Source of the DNA: Calditrichia bacterium
GTDB taxonomy: Bacteria > Calditrichota > Calditrichia > RBG-13-44-9 > J075
NCBI GenBank assembly: GCA_050633245.1
Contig: JBOEGD010000015.1
Span: 21,681 to 85,680, forward strand
Length of the DNA: 64,000 nt
Direction: 5' to 3'
Shown here: piece after piece, positions 39,947 through 50,753 of the stretch
Layout of the letters: each line of letters begins with the position of its first letter
Position numbering within the stretch: position 1 is the stretch's first letter
Translations under genes and position numbers: made by a program
The notes under the pieces: generated by a model
Seen by the model: the letters and a program-made list of their open reading frames with translations, nothing else
What the model was told of the DNA's origin: nothing
Databases searched by the model: none

Positions 39947-41803
39947 TTACTTCAGAAGCACCATGGTCTTGGTTTGAGTAAGTTCACCGACCTCGAACTT
40001 ATATATATACGTTCCACTACTTACCGATTCCCCATTAGTATTTGTACCGTCCCAAAAAGCAGTTTGTAACCCGGCTGTTTGTGTTTCATCCACCAGAGTT
40101 CGTATTTCCTGACCAATCATATTAAAAATTTTTACAACAACATATGTTCTTTCGGGCAGGTTATAGCGAATCGTCGTGCCGGGGTTAAATGGATTAGGAT
40201 AATTTGATAAAAGCTCGAACTCCGCAACGGGTGAGTCGGTACCGGACTTTGAACCACCAGAGCTGCAATTTGACTGCGGGCAAGTAGATTGGTTGCAGAA
40301 TTTCACAATTATGGGCGTACCACTTACCGGTATATCGTCACTGGGAACTTTACAATCGGCAATTAAATCCGGTAGACCAGTGCTCGTTAATGCAGTTACG
40401 ATATGGGTCACCTCAACGTGAGATGTCGCTCCCGTCTCGTTCGACAGATCTACGCTGGGTTCCCCGGAACTCACATCATCCCATAAAACATAATGATTTA
40501 CACCACCCACGGTAAACTTATACTGCCCCTCTGCCATTTCAGAAAGTGCAGTATAGCCCGCAAATCGCTCAGCTATTAATTTAAAAGTATGGTAAGCGGG
40601 ACGCTTCAGTGCTGTACTGTTGATGCTGCCAGCTTGTCCTTCGACCATCAATGAAACCCAGGAACCAAACTCGTCGGGATCTTCTCTATGCAAGCTATGC
40701 CACATAACAGATTCGATGTCGACGTCGGAATCTTCTTCCTCTTCTGCCAAAAGAATTGCATAGCGTTTTACAACGCGTTCCGCCTGCAGTTTGTAAAACG
40801 TCGCATGCGTATAGCAGTCTTCACGGGTGCCGTTGGGATCGCAAAAAATAGGGAAACAGCCTCTTCCTCCCAACTCCCCATGGCAATAAGCCATTGCCGG
40901 GCCGCTTGATGAAATACAATCCGCATTGCTGATACAGTTGCCCATTTTGTAATTCTGGGAGCTAACATCCCAGTTTCTCAAGTCTATACTCCCTGCTTCG
41001 GTGACCCAAATAGGCTTAATACTGCTAAGCCCCATTGAATCCACTTGTCCAATGAAATATGTAAAGTCAGCATCCATATCCTCATACTCACCATAAAAGT
41101 GTAGGTCAATAGCATCGTAATATGAATGCCCGTTAATCAGCGTATACGAAAGAAAATCAACTTCATCGTGCCCGGCATCGTAATCGACTGAATTCGGACA
41201 AAACTCGAGACCAAAACTGGCGAATAAATCTTCCTTTGCAAGACCAAAAGGGATGCCCGCGAGCACAATTTCCGGAGGGTGCTGGAAGGTGCTGATGGTA
41301 TTGGAAACTTCTTCCAAAAGGCATACATATCCCTCACCACCGGTGTCATCCCATACCCCTTTGGAGGAACCACCATAAACTTCGTTCTCTAACTGCAGGT
41401 ATTTAATATCATCGCCAACAAGGTCGAACAGATCTTCTATATCGTCCATATAGTCATCCATAGTCGTGCCCAATGGAAAGCTTTCGTATCTCAATGTTAG
41501 CATAACTTCCAGCCCCTCTTTCGAGGCTTCATCAGCAAAGTCCTCTACAATCGAAATCCAGTTAGAGACGTAGCGAGCATGCTTGGGGTTTGGAAATACA
41601 TCGTATCGGATAATCGAAGCCTCTGCAGATGCAGCGATAGTCAACTGCTCCTCATCATCTGCCGATATGAAGCTGTTTATCGGCTGTAGATGGAGTCCGA
41701 AGCGGTTTGACGATTGTGAGTGCAGCGACGAAAAAAATGAAAAACTCATCAGAATAAAGACGGACATTAAAAGTCGACGCATCAAATAAGAAAATCGTAT
41801 CAT
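39947..41803 (-). CDS. Secreted clan GH-A-like glycoside hydrolase with C-terminal sorting domain
   Basis: Signal peptide; LQLENEV (acid/base), IDLHFY, PIWVTEAG (nucleophile), KRPAY; C-terminal NYPNPFNP. Confidence 0.7.
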   Translation of the reverse strand: MIRFSYLMRRLLMSVFILMSFSFFSSLHSQSSNRFGLHLQPINSFISADDEEQLTIAASAEASIIRYDVFPNPKHARYVSNWISIVEDFADEASKEGLEVMLTLRYESFPLGTTMDDYMDDIEDLFDLVGDDIKYLQLENEVYGGSSKGVWDDTGGEGYVCLLEEVSNTISTFQHPPEIVLAGIPFGLAKEDLFASFGLEFCPNSVDYDAGHDEVDFLSYTLINGHSYYDAIDLHFYGEYEDMDADFTYFIGQVDSMGLSSIKPIWVTEAGSIDLRNWDVSSQNYKMGNCISNADCISSSGPAMAYCHGELGGRGCFPIFCDPNGTREDCYTHATFYKLQAERVVKRYAILLAEEEEDSDVDIESVMWHSLHREDPDEFGSWVSLMVEGQAGSINSTALKRPAYHTFKLIAERFAGYTALSEMAEGQYKFTVGGVNHYVLWDDVSSGEPSVDLSNETGATSHVEVTHIVTALTSTGLPDLIADCKVPSDDIPVSGTPIIVKFCNQSTCPQSNCSSGGSKSGTDSPVAEFELLSNYPNPFNPGTTIRYNLPERTYVVVKIFNMIGQEIRTLVDETQTAGLQTAFWDGTNTNGESVSSGTYIYKFEVGELTQTKTMVLLK

Positions 41804-42859
41804 GTTACCCTTCCTATGCTTTTGATTAGCTCTTTCTACGGCAACTGCATGCGATCAGCAGCATTCATTGCATGCTGTTGATGACACAGTATTTACCCGG
41901 AGAGATTATTTACAAAACACAGTGAACATTAAATACAATTGGATTTACCTCTAAAAAGAAGTAATCAGAACGCGTTGGTCAGCAGCATAGTTATCAACTC
42001 TTGACAAAAACACCTTTAAATCGCTTGCCTGTATTACCATGCGTGAGTAGAACCACTATGTGAGGATATTGCCTCAGCTTAAGTCCGGTACAGGTTCAAT
42101 TGCAAAGAGAGGATAACATCTGAGCTCAATGGGGGAGTGAATATTGATTCATTATAATAAGAAAATATCAACAAAGCCAGAAATTTTGAACTGGAGTGTT
42201 ATGAATAGGTAAAAAAGCTCAAAAAGACTTCAAGTGTTTGTAAACCAATCCCTCCTGCAATGAATCAATTCACTAACATGATCAGGCAGATTCTTCTCTC
42301 TGGTGGTTTGTCTAAATTGCAGAACTCGAAGTTTTCACCCAGCGAATCACGACAAGGACCGAAAGCATCCGCTGGTTTTGGGATAACTGCTGAGGGCCAA
42401 TTTCGGTTGAGCCTGCTTGTGGTAACCATTTGCGGTAAACAATGGGATAATTAGAATCCAATCACCATCAACATGCCCGGTTTTTCTACAACTCAGATTA
42501 TCTTAGAAATAGCATCCAGTACGAGGATTGGAAAGGATCTGTCTTCAACTGATATAAATACGCACCATTCGGCAAATCTTTTTGCGTCGAATACTATACG
42601 ATGCGTACCAGCAGAGCAATTATCATCAGTTCGATATGCGTGCGGGTTTCAAGGTCGATGGCGCACAGAATTTGTCCATCCTGGCAGACCATTGCCCACT
42701 GCTGGGCTGTAATACCTCAAATGCTTTTTTAAAGGCTAGCTACCGAAATCAGTTTATCCCTAGCCGATAGCACCTAAAACTCTGGAACAATAACTTCCAA
42801 CGAAGCCCCGCTATGATTTGTGGAGCAACAACAGTATCTGCGGTAACATATTGAAGTAG

Positions 42860-42972
42860 TCTATATTCCTTAAGCTGATGTGCACTGGTTCGTTCATTTA
42901 AAAGTGCCCTCTTAAATTTTGCTAAATGCTCCTGACGAACCAGTAAAATGACGGCTTACAATGTTGTGGTGC
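42860..42972 (-). mobile_element. attC-like nested hairpin after the 42982..44151 gene
   Basis: On the minus strand CCACAAC follows the stop closely. TAAGC/GCTTA (42871, 42955) and ACTGGTTCGT/ACGAACCAGT (42884, 42935) are nested inverted repeats. The distal GTT box is degenerate. Confidence 0.35.
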
Positions 42973-42981
42973 ACCAGCCCC

Positions 42982-44151
42982 TCACTGCTTTCCTTTACTA
43001 TCCGTTTTTATAAGTAGAACAGTACCATTGGATTGGTCAAAATTTTGCGTATGCCCCGTTAATATGAACCCTCCGTCACTTGTCTCTCTTACCGTATAGC
43101 CGAACTCAACTCTGTCAGGTGTTCCATAATTATTTGTCCACAGCTGCTCGCCCTGACTATCTGTCTTAAGTAAGTATAAATCCGCGTGGTTGGCTGTGAA
43201 GCCTACAACAACATATTCACCATCTGAGGTCTGATACCCTTTTATGCCTCGTTCATCCGCATCTTCTCCATAGACCTTACTCCATTCTTCTCCTCCATCA
43301 GCATCGGTTTTGATTAGGTAGACATCTAGCGTGCCATTTGATGTAAAACTTTTTCCATAACCGGTTATGATATACCCTCCATCATTTGTCAGTGCTACGG
43401 AATGCCCCACATCGTAAGCATCACCGCCAAAAGTTTTAAACCACTCCATTTTACCTGAAGCATTTGTTTTGAGTAGATAGACATCACGGTCTTGCGAGTT
43501 GATGCTGGTAAAGCTATAGCTGATACCGACGGCAACATATCCACCATCCGGAGTTTGCTGCACCGAAAAGACGCGATCCGTTTTGCCACCGCCGTAGAAC
43601 GTTTTCCATTCTTCGTTACCATATGAATCAGTTTTGATCAGGTAGGCGTCAATTTCACCGTTTCCGATACCGTTTGTCTGAGCGGCAATTATAAATCCAC
43701 CGTCCTTGGTTATTCGGACATCCCAACCATATTCATCACCTGTACTACCATAGGTTTTTGTCCAGAGCGTATCACCTGCTGCATCCGTCCGTATCAGATA
43801 TATATCCATTCCACCCGCACCGAAACTATCTGTGTAACCGACAAGAATAAATCCACCGCCGTTAATTTGTCGAACTGCCCAACCAAAGTCTGCTCCCGAA
43901 CCACCAAAGGATTTTGTCCAAAGTGTATCTCCAGATAAGTCAGTTCGGATTAATAATACGTCTTCATTGCTGACAGAATCTGCCGTCGTGTAACCCGTTA
44001 TTACAAAGCCACTTTCAATAATCTCTTCAACTGTCACTCCGCGATCAAACGGAGAAAGATCTATTTCTTCGAAAAACGTCGTTTGCGAAAACACACTGAT
44101 TTTAAGTATGAGAACAAAGGTTAAAATGAGAATCGACCTGCTCAATTTCAT
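42982..44151 (-). CDS. Secreted repeat (beta-propeller) protein
   Basis: About 50-aa repeats T.DGG.I..G...D.YL.KTD..G...W.K.YG; signal peptide. Confidence 0.8.
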   Translation of the reverse strand: MKLSRSILILTFVLILKISVFSQTTFFEEIDLSPFDRGVTVEEIIESGFVITGYTTADSVSNEDVLLIRTDLSGDTLWTKSFGGSGADFGWAVRQINGGGFILVGYTDSFGAGGMDIYLIRTDAAGDTLWTKTYGSTGDEYGWDVRITKDGGFIIAAQTNGIGNGEIDAYLIKTDSYGNEEWKTFYGGGKTDRVFSVQQTPDGGYVAVGISYSFTSINSQDRDVYLLKTNASGKMEWFKTFGGDAYDVGHSVALTNDGGYIITGYGKSFTSNGTLDVYLIKTDADGGEEWSKVYGEDADERGIKGYQTSDGEYVVVGFTANHADLYLLKTDSQGEQLWTNNYGTPDRVEFGYTVRETSDGGFILTGHTQNFDQSNGTVLLIKTDSKGKQ

Positions 44152-44363
44152 AGTTTCAACTCCTGATTTCCTTGAGTAGTAATTTACTTCTTAATCTAAA
44201 ATACTCGATTTCATACAGGCACTCGCGATAATTGTACATGATACTCCTTTGTCTGATTCCAGTCTGATTCATTTTGCATCGTGAAACCAATGGGATCAGC
44301 TTGCAGACTCATAGCAGTCTTTGAATCATTAATGCCGATTTCTGACAGGATGTATTTCAATTC

Positions 44364-44432
44364 ACGGTCTGGCTACATGCAGTAGCAGACGAATGGAGGC
44401 TATTGACATTTTAGCCTTTGTTGGCAACAGTT
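44364..44432 (-). mobile_element. attC-like site after the yceI-like gene
   Basis: Minus strand AACTGTTGCCAAC-AAAGGCTA...TAGCCAGACCGTG; the AAC box matches the gene's upstream GTTGGAAACAGTT as an inverted repeat. Confidence 0.45.
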
Positions 44433-44436
44433 TTAT

Positions 44437-45498
44437 TTATTTTTCTGCCTCTTCTATTAAATCTATCAACCTCAAGTACTCGATAGCTCTTGAATTAATG
44501 GAGTCTTTTGTTAATGTTGTTCCAAAACTTTCTTCGGCTTCCTCAAAGTTGTTCAAGTACAAATTGGTAATGCCAACTTGATTCCATGTGCTTGCTTTTT
44601 CTGGAAATAGCATTTTGCGTTTTTCAAATATGGATAAAGCATTTTCGTACATTCCCCATGTATTTAGAGAATAACCAATTGTAGAGAGTATACCCGCAGA
44701 TATTTCTCCCACTTTCTGGAGACTGTCAATCAGCGTTATTCCACTATCGATACCATTTAATTTAATATTATCAAGCACCAACTTTCGTACATTAGAAACC
44801 TCCCAATCATCGTATCTTTTTTGATAATCGGCTCTACGTGTATGAATATCAATTTCGATTTCCACTTCATCAGAAAGTTGAGTTACTCCTTTCTCCATAA
44901 AAGTACTCCAAAAATCACCTCCAAAAATTCCAAAATCTTGACGGTTAATGGTAAACTTACCTGAAAAGTCGACTTGCTCCTCGCCCCCATAATCTAAACT
45001 TATCTTGGTCGGTTTTTCGAAAGGGATAGCAACTTCTTTCGTAACCCCTTTCATGGTAAAGTTTCCTGTCAATACAAATAATCCTTCGGGTTTTTCAGTC
45101 ACCTTTTTACTTCGAAATGATATTTTAGGATATTTCGGTTCGTCAAACCAAGAATCTTCACTTATGAGGTCTTCGTCTCTTTGTTCATTGCCAGTATTTA
45201 TACTATTGACATCTATAAATAAACTAACGGATAAGCTTGAGATATCGGATTCGTTATAGAATATGGTTCCTTCGAAATCATTAAATCTTCCTCGAACCGG
45301 ACTATATCCAAAATATTTTATTTTGAAACCAATATAAGAGTGTTGGTCATCTATTAAGAAGTCTTTGCCGATATGAGAACGATAATTGAAATTTGAAATA
45401 TTATGTGGTTTAATTTCAAAGGAGTTCATTGAATCTGTTTTGCTATTATCACAAGAGAAAATTAATACTAAGATTAAAATGGGTATTACTTTTTTCAT
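44437..45498 (-). CDS. YceI family lipoprotein with C-terminal TPR
   Basis: Lipobox IFSC; D..HS.IGF, SINTGNEQRD.DL, F...KYP.I.F.S, INRQDFGI; C-terminal TPR. Confidence 0.85.
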   Translation of the reverse strand: MKKVIPILILVLIFSCDNSKTDSMNSFEIKPHNISNFNYRSHIGKDFLIDDQHSYIGFKIKYFGYSPVRGRFNDFEGTIFYNESDISSLSVSLFIDVNSINTGNEQRDEDLISEDSWFDEPKYPKISFRSKKVTEKPEGLFVLTGNFTMKGVTKEVAIPFEKPTKISLDYGGEEQVDFSGKFTINRQDFGIFGGDFWSTFMEKGVTQLSDEVEIEIDIHTRRADYQKRYDDWEVSNVRKLVLDNIKLNGIDSGITLIDSLQKVGEISAGILSTIGYSLNTWGMYENALSIFEKRKMLFPEKASTWNQVGITNLYLNNFEEAEESFGTTLTKDSINSRAIEYLRLIDLIEEAEK

Positions 45499-45659
45499 GA
45501 TTATTCTTTCTAATCGTTTTTATAACTGTTTCCAACAGCTTCTATTGTGACGCCGTTGAATTAAGAGCCTCCCATAAAACTTGTTACGGAAAAGATAAGT
45601 AAGATGTGCAGGATAATCGTCCTGATTCCAGAACACGGACTATTTAGTGGAATTTATAT

Positions 45660-46778
45660 TTACAGCAATTTCATTTTTTTATACTGTAAGGGGGTCATGC
45701 CGGTGTGCTTTTTAAAAGAGGCATTAAATACAGACTTACTATTAAAACCAGATTCATAGAGTATCTCAAGTACAGTTTGATCTTGATTCTCTTTGTTGGA
45801 TAAAAGAAGCTTAGCCTCCTCAATACGGTGATAATTAACATAATCATAAAAGTTTTTAGTGAAGGAATTGTTAATCACATGAGATAAATATCGAGGAGAG
45901 ATCGAAAGCTTTTCTGCCAGTTGGTTGAGTGTCAGGGTTGGATTAAGGTAGGGTTTTTCATTTTTCATCACGCTAATCAGTCTATTTAAATACTCAATCC
46001 GGGTTGCCTCAGGTAGAAATGGTTTATTTTTTTGTTTATTTTTGGTAAGTCCTGTAAATATTTCCGGTTGTTTTAATCCTTTATATACAATAAGGTTTGC
46101 AAAACTGAATAGTAAAACAATCGAAACACCGTCCAAATAAAAAGATCTATACCCGACCACCTGAACTATAAAATCAACTGCCGCAGTGCCCCAAAGAATT
46201 ATGAAGCCGATAACAATTAATCGCAACCAGGTCAATTTTATTTTTTCAATAGAAGAATAAAGCTTTTTCAGTTCAATTTCAAAATCTGAAAGGATATAGA
46301 TTGTCGCTATGCTGTAAAAAATGAAATGTAAGTATATCGCCGCGACAACAATAATATACTCTGGAAATGAGAGCACATTATCATTCAAGAGGTCTATTTT
46401 TGTCTCAGATGAATAAAGATGAAACTGTAATGACATAAAACTCAGATGGATAAGAAATGGGATCAGATGAAGGAGATGGGGTGTTTTTAAAGTGAAATCT
46501 TTGTATGCTAGTGATTTGGCGTAAAGAAACAGTGCTGGTCCGAGTAAAAAATCGAATGATTCACCTATATAAAACAGATGCGGCGAAATGGCTGTAAAAG
46601 TGTCTTTGAACCGAAATGTCAAGTAATGCAAGAAACATAATGCTTTGGAAAATAGGAAAATTGAAAACAGCACGTTACTTAGAATATTACCTTTTTTAAG
46701 AGTCATTAAAAAAAAGGAAAAAAATAGGAATTGAAAAATTGTTATGAATATGAAAACATCGTAAAAGCTTAACTCCAT
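45660..46778 (-). CDS. Membrane-bound AraC family regulator
   Basis: N-terminal TMs, EKPYLNP.LTL, GFNSKSVFNASFKK.TGMTP. Confidence 0.9.
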   Translation of the reverse strand: MELSFYDVFIFITIFQFLFFSFFLMTLKKGNILSNVLFSIFLFSKALCFLHYLTFRFKDTFTAISPHLFYIGESFDFLLGPALFLYAKSLAYKDFTLKTPHLLHLIPFLIHLSFMSLQFHLYSSETKIDLLNDNVLSFPEYIIVVAAIYLHFIFYSIATIYILSDFEIELKKLYSSIEKIKLTWLRLIVIGFIILWGTAAVDFIVQVVGYRSFYLDGVSIVLLFSFANLIVYKGLKQPEIFTGLTKNKQKNKPFLPEATRIEYLNRLISVMKNEKPYLNPTLTLNQLAEKLSISPRYLSHVINNSFTKNFYDYVNYHRIEEAKLLLSNKENQDQTVLEILYESGFNSKSVFNASFKKHTGMTPLQYKKMKLL

Positions 46779-47251
46779 TTCGTCATAGTCCTTCTAGAAT
46801 ATTTTGCTCTTCAAAGGTTTTTTCCATATTCTATTCACACTTATTGCCGAAATATTCAAACTTAAGTGCTTGAATAAATAATTCGGTAATTAAAGATGAT
46901 CCCCCTGAGGGATGTCGAAAGGCCTCCGAATGTGCTTTAGGACTTTAACTTCGCTCAGTTTACATAAATGGAAATGCAATTCTGTCGAATAATCTTGTCG
47001 CACTACTTAAATCATAAGATTTTCTCAAATACCGGATTCTCTATTACATAGTGGCTGAGCATCAAATATTAGATATAGTAGACCTAGAATCAGTATACAA
47101 GGTATACTTTTTCTGCACTACGAAGTATTAACAAGTATTGTTCCAAGTTGTTAAACCCCAGCCGCAAGTATTCAAAGAAAATATTGAAGGAGCCTGGTTA
47201 CCCTCAAAGACCGCAGACTGGTTTTCGAAACAGTTTAAACACTAGAAAAAC

Positions 47252-47673
47252 TCACACCCCCCTATCCAGCCCACGATACTGAATCGCTTCCCCAACATGA
47301 TCGGGCAGGATCTTTTCTCTTTCTGCCAGATCGGCAATAGTGCGGCTAACCTTGAGAATGCGGTACTAGGCCCGCGCTTAGAGTCCCAGACGCAATGGCT
47401 GCACGTAGCAGCTTCGAGCCCTCTGCGTCGATTTTGCAAAACTTACGGATCTCTCGCGGCTACATGTCTGCATTGCAGAAGAGGTGCTTTTGATCTTTGA
47501 AGCGAGCAGTTTGCAGTTCGCGGGCGGCCTGGACGCGGGCTCGGATGACATCCGACGATTCACCTCCCGCCTGCCCGGCAAGCTTGTCGTAGGCAACTGC
47601 CGGGACTTCGACGTGAATATCGATCCGGTCTAAGAGCGGACCGCTAAATACGCTGCATATAGCGTCGCACCAT
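47252..47673 (-). pseudogene. comM: 3' fragment of comM/yifB (Mg-chelatase-like AAA+ ATPase) with stops and frameshifts
   Basis: VRRYMQRI/SGPLLDRIDIHVEVP...ESSDVIRARVQAAR..Q..RF...NADM*...[12 protein letters not shown]...[10 protein letters not shown]. Confidence 0.9.
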
Positions 47674-47916
47674 GCAGTTGTTACTACAAAGGAAGTAAGT
47701 GTAGTAAGATCAGGAGGTAGGTTTTCAAGACATTCGAGAATTGATAAACTACTTTGAAGAATTCCTCAGGACATCAAAGGAAGTGAAGAGCTTTAAACAT
47801 ATACAATGCCAGAACCCATTTCGCCCAAAAAAATGCGTTGGTGAATCATGACGAGGACTATTTCTATTTTACGGTGGCACTATTTTTCGAGGAGAGTACC
47901 CTGTTATCTAAAAATG

Positions 47917-47949
47917 AGAATTGCCAATAGGTTCACTATTGGCAATTCT
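47917..47949. terminator. Stem-loop after the S8 peptidase gene
   Basis: Perfect 14-bp stem AGAATTGCCAATAG-5 nt-CTATTGGCAATTCT. Confidence 0.7.
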
Positions 47950-47969
47950 GACCATTGCTAAAAAGTGAA

Positions 47970-50123
47970 TTAACTTACTTGAATAGTGACCTTCACCGGT
48001 CCTTTTTCAAGCACGGTATTTGCTTCACTCGCATTGTCTTCTACTTTCTTCGTCAGGGCTGGAGGCAAGATTGAATGATCATCTGAGCCCTGCATCGTCA
48101 CGCTATAGTTCTCTTCGAACGATTCTTCCTCGGAAGCGAAGCTCTCACCTGCTTCGGCGGGGCCTGTCATCGGTCGTGAAGGACGCCAATATGTATAATT
48201 CCAACGGGCACTCCAACTATAGCGATAACGAGAACGATTGCCATGAGCCTTCAGCAACACATTCTCAAAGCGAATGTCATCTCCGGAGCCACCACCTGCA
48301 GTAAGACCGGGTTGCATAATTCCACTTGGATCTCCACGATAAGTGAAACGATCAATTTCATTACCGGCAGGGTTGAATGAGCGTAGTGTGAAGCTATTTA
48401 TACGAATTCGGTTTAATCCGCTATTATACAATCGAAATAGCCGGAATCGCATATAGCATTCCTGCCCTCTGCCAAGGAACTGAAGGTTTAGACGTGTCTG
48501 ATACCATAGCCTTCTTGCCGCATGTGAAGCCTTAAGAGCATCGATCCTTCCCCACCCGTGCTCATCGTCTTTTCCACGAGGGCCTAAATCACGAGCTGAT
48601 AAGCGCAAGATATCACGAACTTCCCACTGTCGTAGATTCGGGTCGACAGACAGCACAAGCGCAGCTACACCAGCAGCATTAGGTGTTGCTGAAGAGGTAC
48701 CATTAAAGTTCCGCATGTAATTGCCGCTGGTGTATCCACCTGAACCTGTAATATCTGTCGTGTAAATGTGAACTCCCGGGGCAAGAAAATCCTGCTCAGG
48801 CCCATAATTGCTTCCCCACCAGTTTTCTCCATCACGACTGGTTGTGCTCTTCCGCTGGTCCCATTCATTTGAAGCACCACAGGCTAACGATTCAGGGTAT
48901 TTTGCAGGATAACTAATGTTTCTCGCATTTCGGTTACCCGAAGCTGAAACAACAACACAACCTTTGCCGCCTCTTCCACGAGTTTTCGCAAAGACAAAAG
49001 CGTTTCGAATAACAGAGCTATAGCTACCGCCGCCCCAGCTATTACTAATAACATCTGCCCCACGAATTACAGCCGTACGAATTCCTCTTGCAATCCAGGT
49101 AGTGCTGGTTGTCCAGGGGGCACCTGCTCGACGACTGTAAGCAATACGTACCGGAAGAATTTTGCATTTAGGCGCAACACCGGCAATTCCTCGCGAGTTT
49201 CCTGCTGTGGCAGCTGCAATACCTGCACAGGCGGTACCGTGTCCATCCCATCGGTTAGGGTTTTGATTATTATCGTTTCCAACCGCATCATAGGGAGTAA
49301 CTATTTTTCCAGAAAGATCAGGATGGCTGGTTTGAACACCTTCATCAACAATTGCAATTTTAATGGCAGGGCTTCCCTTACTTATGCGCCAGGCTTGCGG
49401 CACTCTCATCTTGCGCAATGCCCACTGGTTACGATATAGGGGATCATTTACAATGGCCTGAGAGTCTATTTGGCTGTCCTCAAGGCTTTCTGCAACCTCA
49501 TTGTCAGGATCAACAAGCTCAATTTCCTCTTCTGCTACGTCGAACTCGCTTCCATTTGCTACGATAAATGCTGGCTGTTTCATTTGATAAAGCCAATCGG
49601 GTTCAGAATATTCTGTCAACTCACTCTGATGATAAATATTGGCCAACTCCAAGGCATCATGTTTCGACTTAGGCGTCACTCGCAGTAAATAACTGTTGGG
49701 ACCCAGATCATCCTTTTCAACAATTTCTACCTTATACTTTTCATTCAGATCGTTAATTTCGGCTTCCTGAGCATCCGATTTAAACTGAACGCGGAATTGG
49801 GGAACTAAAATCATCAATTCATCCGGGTCTCCATTGGGCATCTGAAAAACCGGGAACAGGCTTTCGACACCATCCTCTTCGGTCAATACCGAGGTAGCTT
49901 CTGATACAACCTCATCCGAAGCGTCCGTATCAACGCCAACCAACATGACATCGAATGAATTTAGTTCTTCTGCCGATTCACCATTTTGCAAACCTTTACA
50001 CTTCTCTACAACTCCCTTTAATTGGGAAATATCAGACTCATTGTTAATCTTTAAGGCCACATAGTTTTTTGAAGGGGAAAGTTCGATTTTTTCCTCTTCT
50101 GCAAAATAAAAATTATCAGACAT
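47970..50123 (-). CDS. S8 family subtilase with acidic pro-domain and no signal peptide
   Basis: Triad IVDEG, GHGTACAG, NGTSSATP; oxyanion ASGN; GWGRIDA. Confidence 0.92.
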   Translation of the reverse strand: MSDNFYFAEEEKIELSPSKNYVALKINNESDISQLKGVVEKCKGLQNGESAEELNSFDVMLVGVDTDASDEVVSEATSVLTEEDGVESLFPVFQMPNGDPDELMILVPQFRVQFKSDAQEAEINDLNEKYKVEIVEKDDLGPNSYLLRVTPKSKHDALELANIYHQSELTEYSEPDWLYQMKQPAFIVANGSEFDVAEEEIELVDPDNEVAESLEDSQIDSQAIVNDPLYRNQWALRKMRVPQAWRISKGSPAIKIAIVDEGVQTSHPDLSGKIVTPYDAVGNDNNQNPNRWDGHGTACAGIAAATAGNSRGIAGVAPKCKILPVRIAYSRRAGAPWTTSTTWIARGIRTAVIRGADVISNSWGGGSYSSVIRNAFVFAKTRGRGGKGCVVVSASGNRNARNISYPAKYPESLACGASNEWDQRKSTTSRDGENWWGSNYGPEQDFLAPGVHIYTTDITGSGGYTSGNYMRNFNGTSSATPNAAGVAALVLSVDPNLRQWEVRDILRLSARDLGPRGKDDEHGWGRIDALKASHAARRLWYQTRLNLQFLGRGQECYMRFRLFRLYNSGLNRIRINSFTLRSFNPAGNEIDRFTYRGDPSGIMQPGLTAGGGSGDDIRFENVLLKAHGNRSRYRYSWSARWNYTYWRPSRPMTGPAEAGESFASEEESFEENYSVTMQGSDDHSILPPALTKKVEDNASEANTVLEKGPVKVTIQVS

Positions 50124-50338
50124 TTTAATACTCCGTAAATAAAATTATTGAGGATTGAAAGTTAGGGGATTATTTACACACAGCACTCAGCTGCTTACGA
50201 ACCACTTGGAAATAAGGAGTTTTGTATCTGTACTAAGGCCAAGACATAGCATCCTCCTTTCGGCTTAATTTTTAGAGTTTCAGGTACGGTATGTAGGTAA
50301 CGTTTACACAAAACGACCATCTGTATTGCTTTCACTCT

Positions 50339-50369
50339 CTTATAAGACAAAAGCTGGATAACCGGACAA
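50339..50369 (-). promoter_or_regulatory. Island promoter motif, copy A (upstream of S8)
   Basis: Minus strand TTGTCCG-18 nt-TATAAG. Confidence 0.7.
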
Positions 50370-50753
50370 GTTTTCGAGATTTTCTTTAGGGGTGCTCTAA
50401 AGCAATACGTATGGTTAGAAGGCATAAAAAGCGTAAAAAGGCTACTTGCGAGGAATTATCTTAACTTCTTAAAGTGCCCAAGAAGGGGATGCAATAGATA
50501 CTGATTAAAGTCAGATTGTGTGAAGTGAAACTTAAAAAGGTAAAAAGACCATCCCGGAGATTTAATGAACACGTCCTGAATTGCCAGTTTTTATCATAAA
50601 AAAAGCGTGATGACAATTAGAAACAGCCGAACTTTGAATCGTTATCTCTATATTGTCAACACGCATAAGTACAACGTCCAAAATCTTTCCAGTTGCGCAC
50701 TCCTTATTAGGTAAAGTACTCCGTATTGACTGGTAGCTTATTTGGCAACAAGC

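Noticed and set aside
42260-42770. Short ORFs that might be a decayed outer-membrane protein gene
   Set aside because: Multiple stops and no family I can recognise with confidence.
47242-47596. Small ORFs listed in the track at 47.2-47.6 kb as real genes
   Set aside because: They are off-frame readings of the comM pseudogene.
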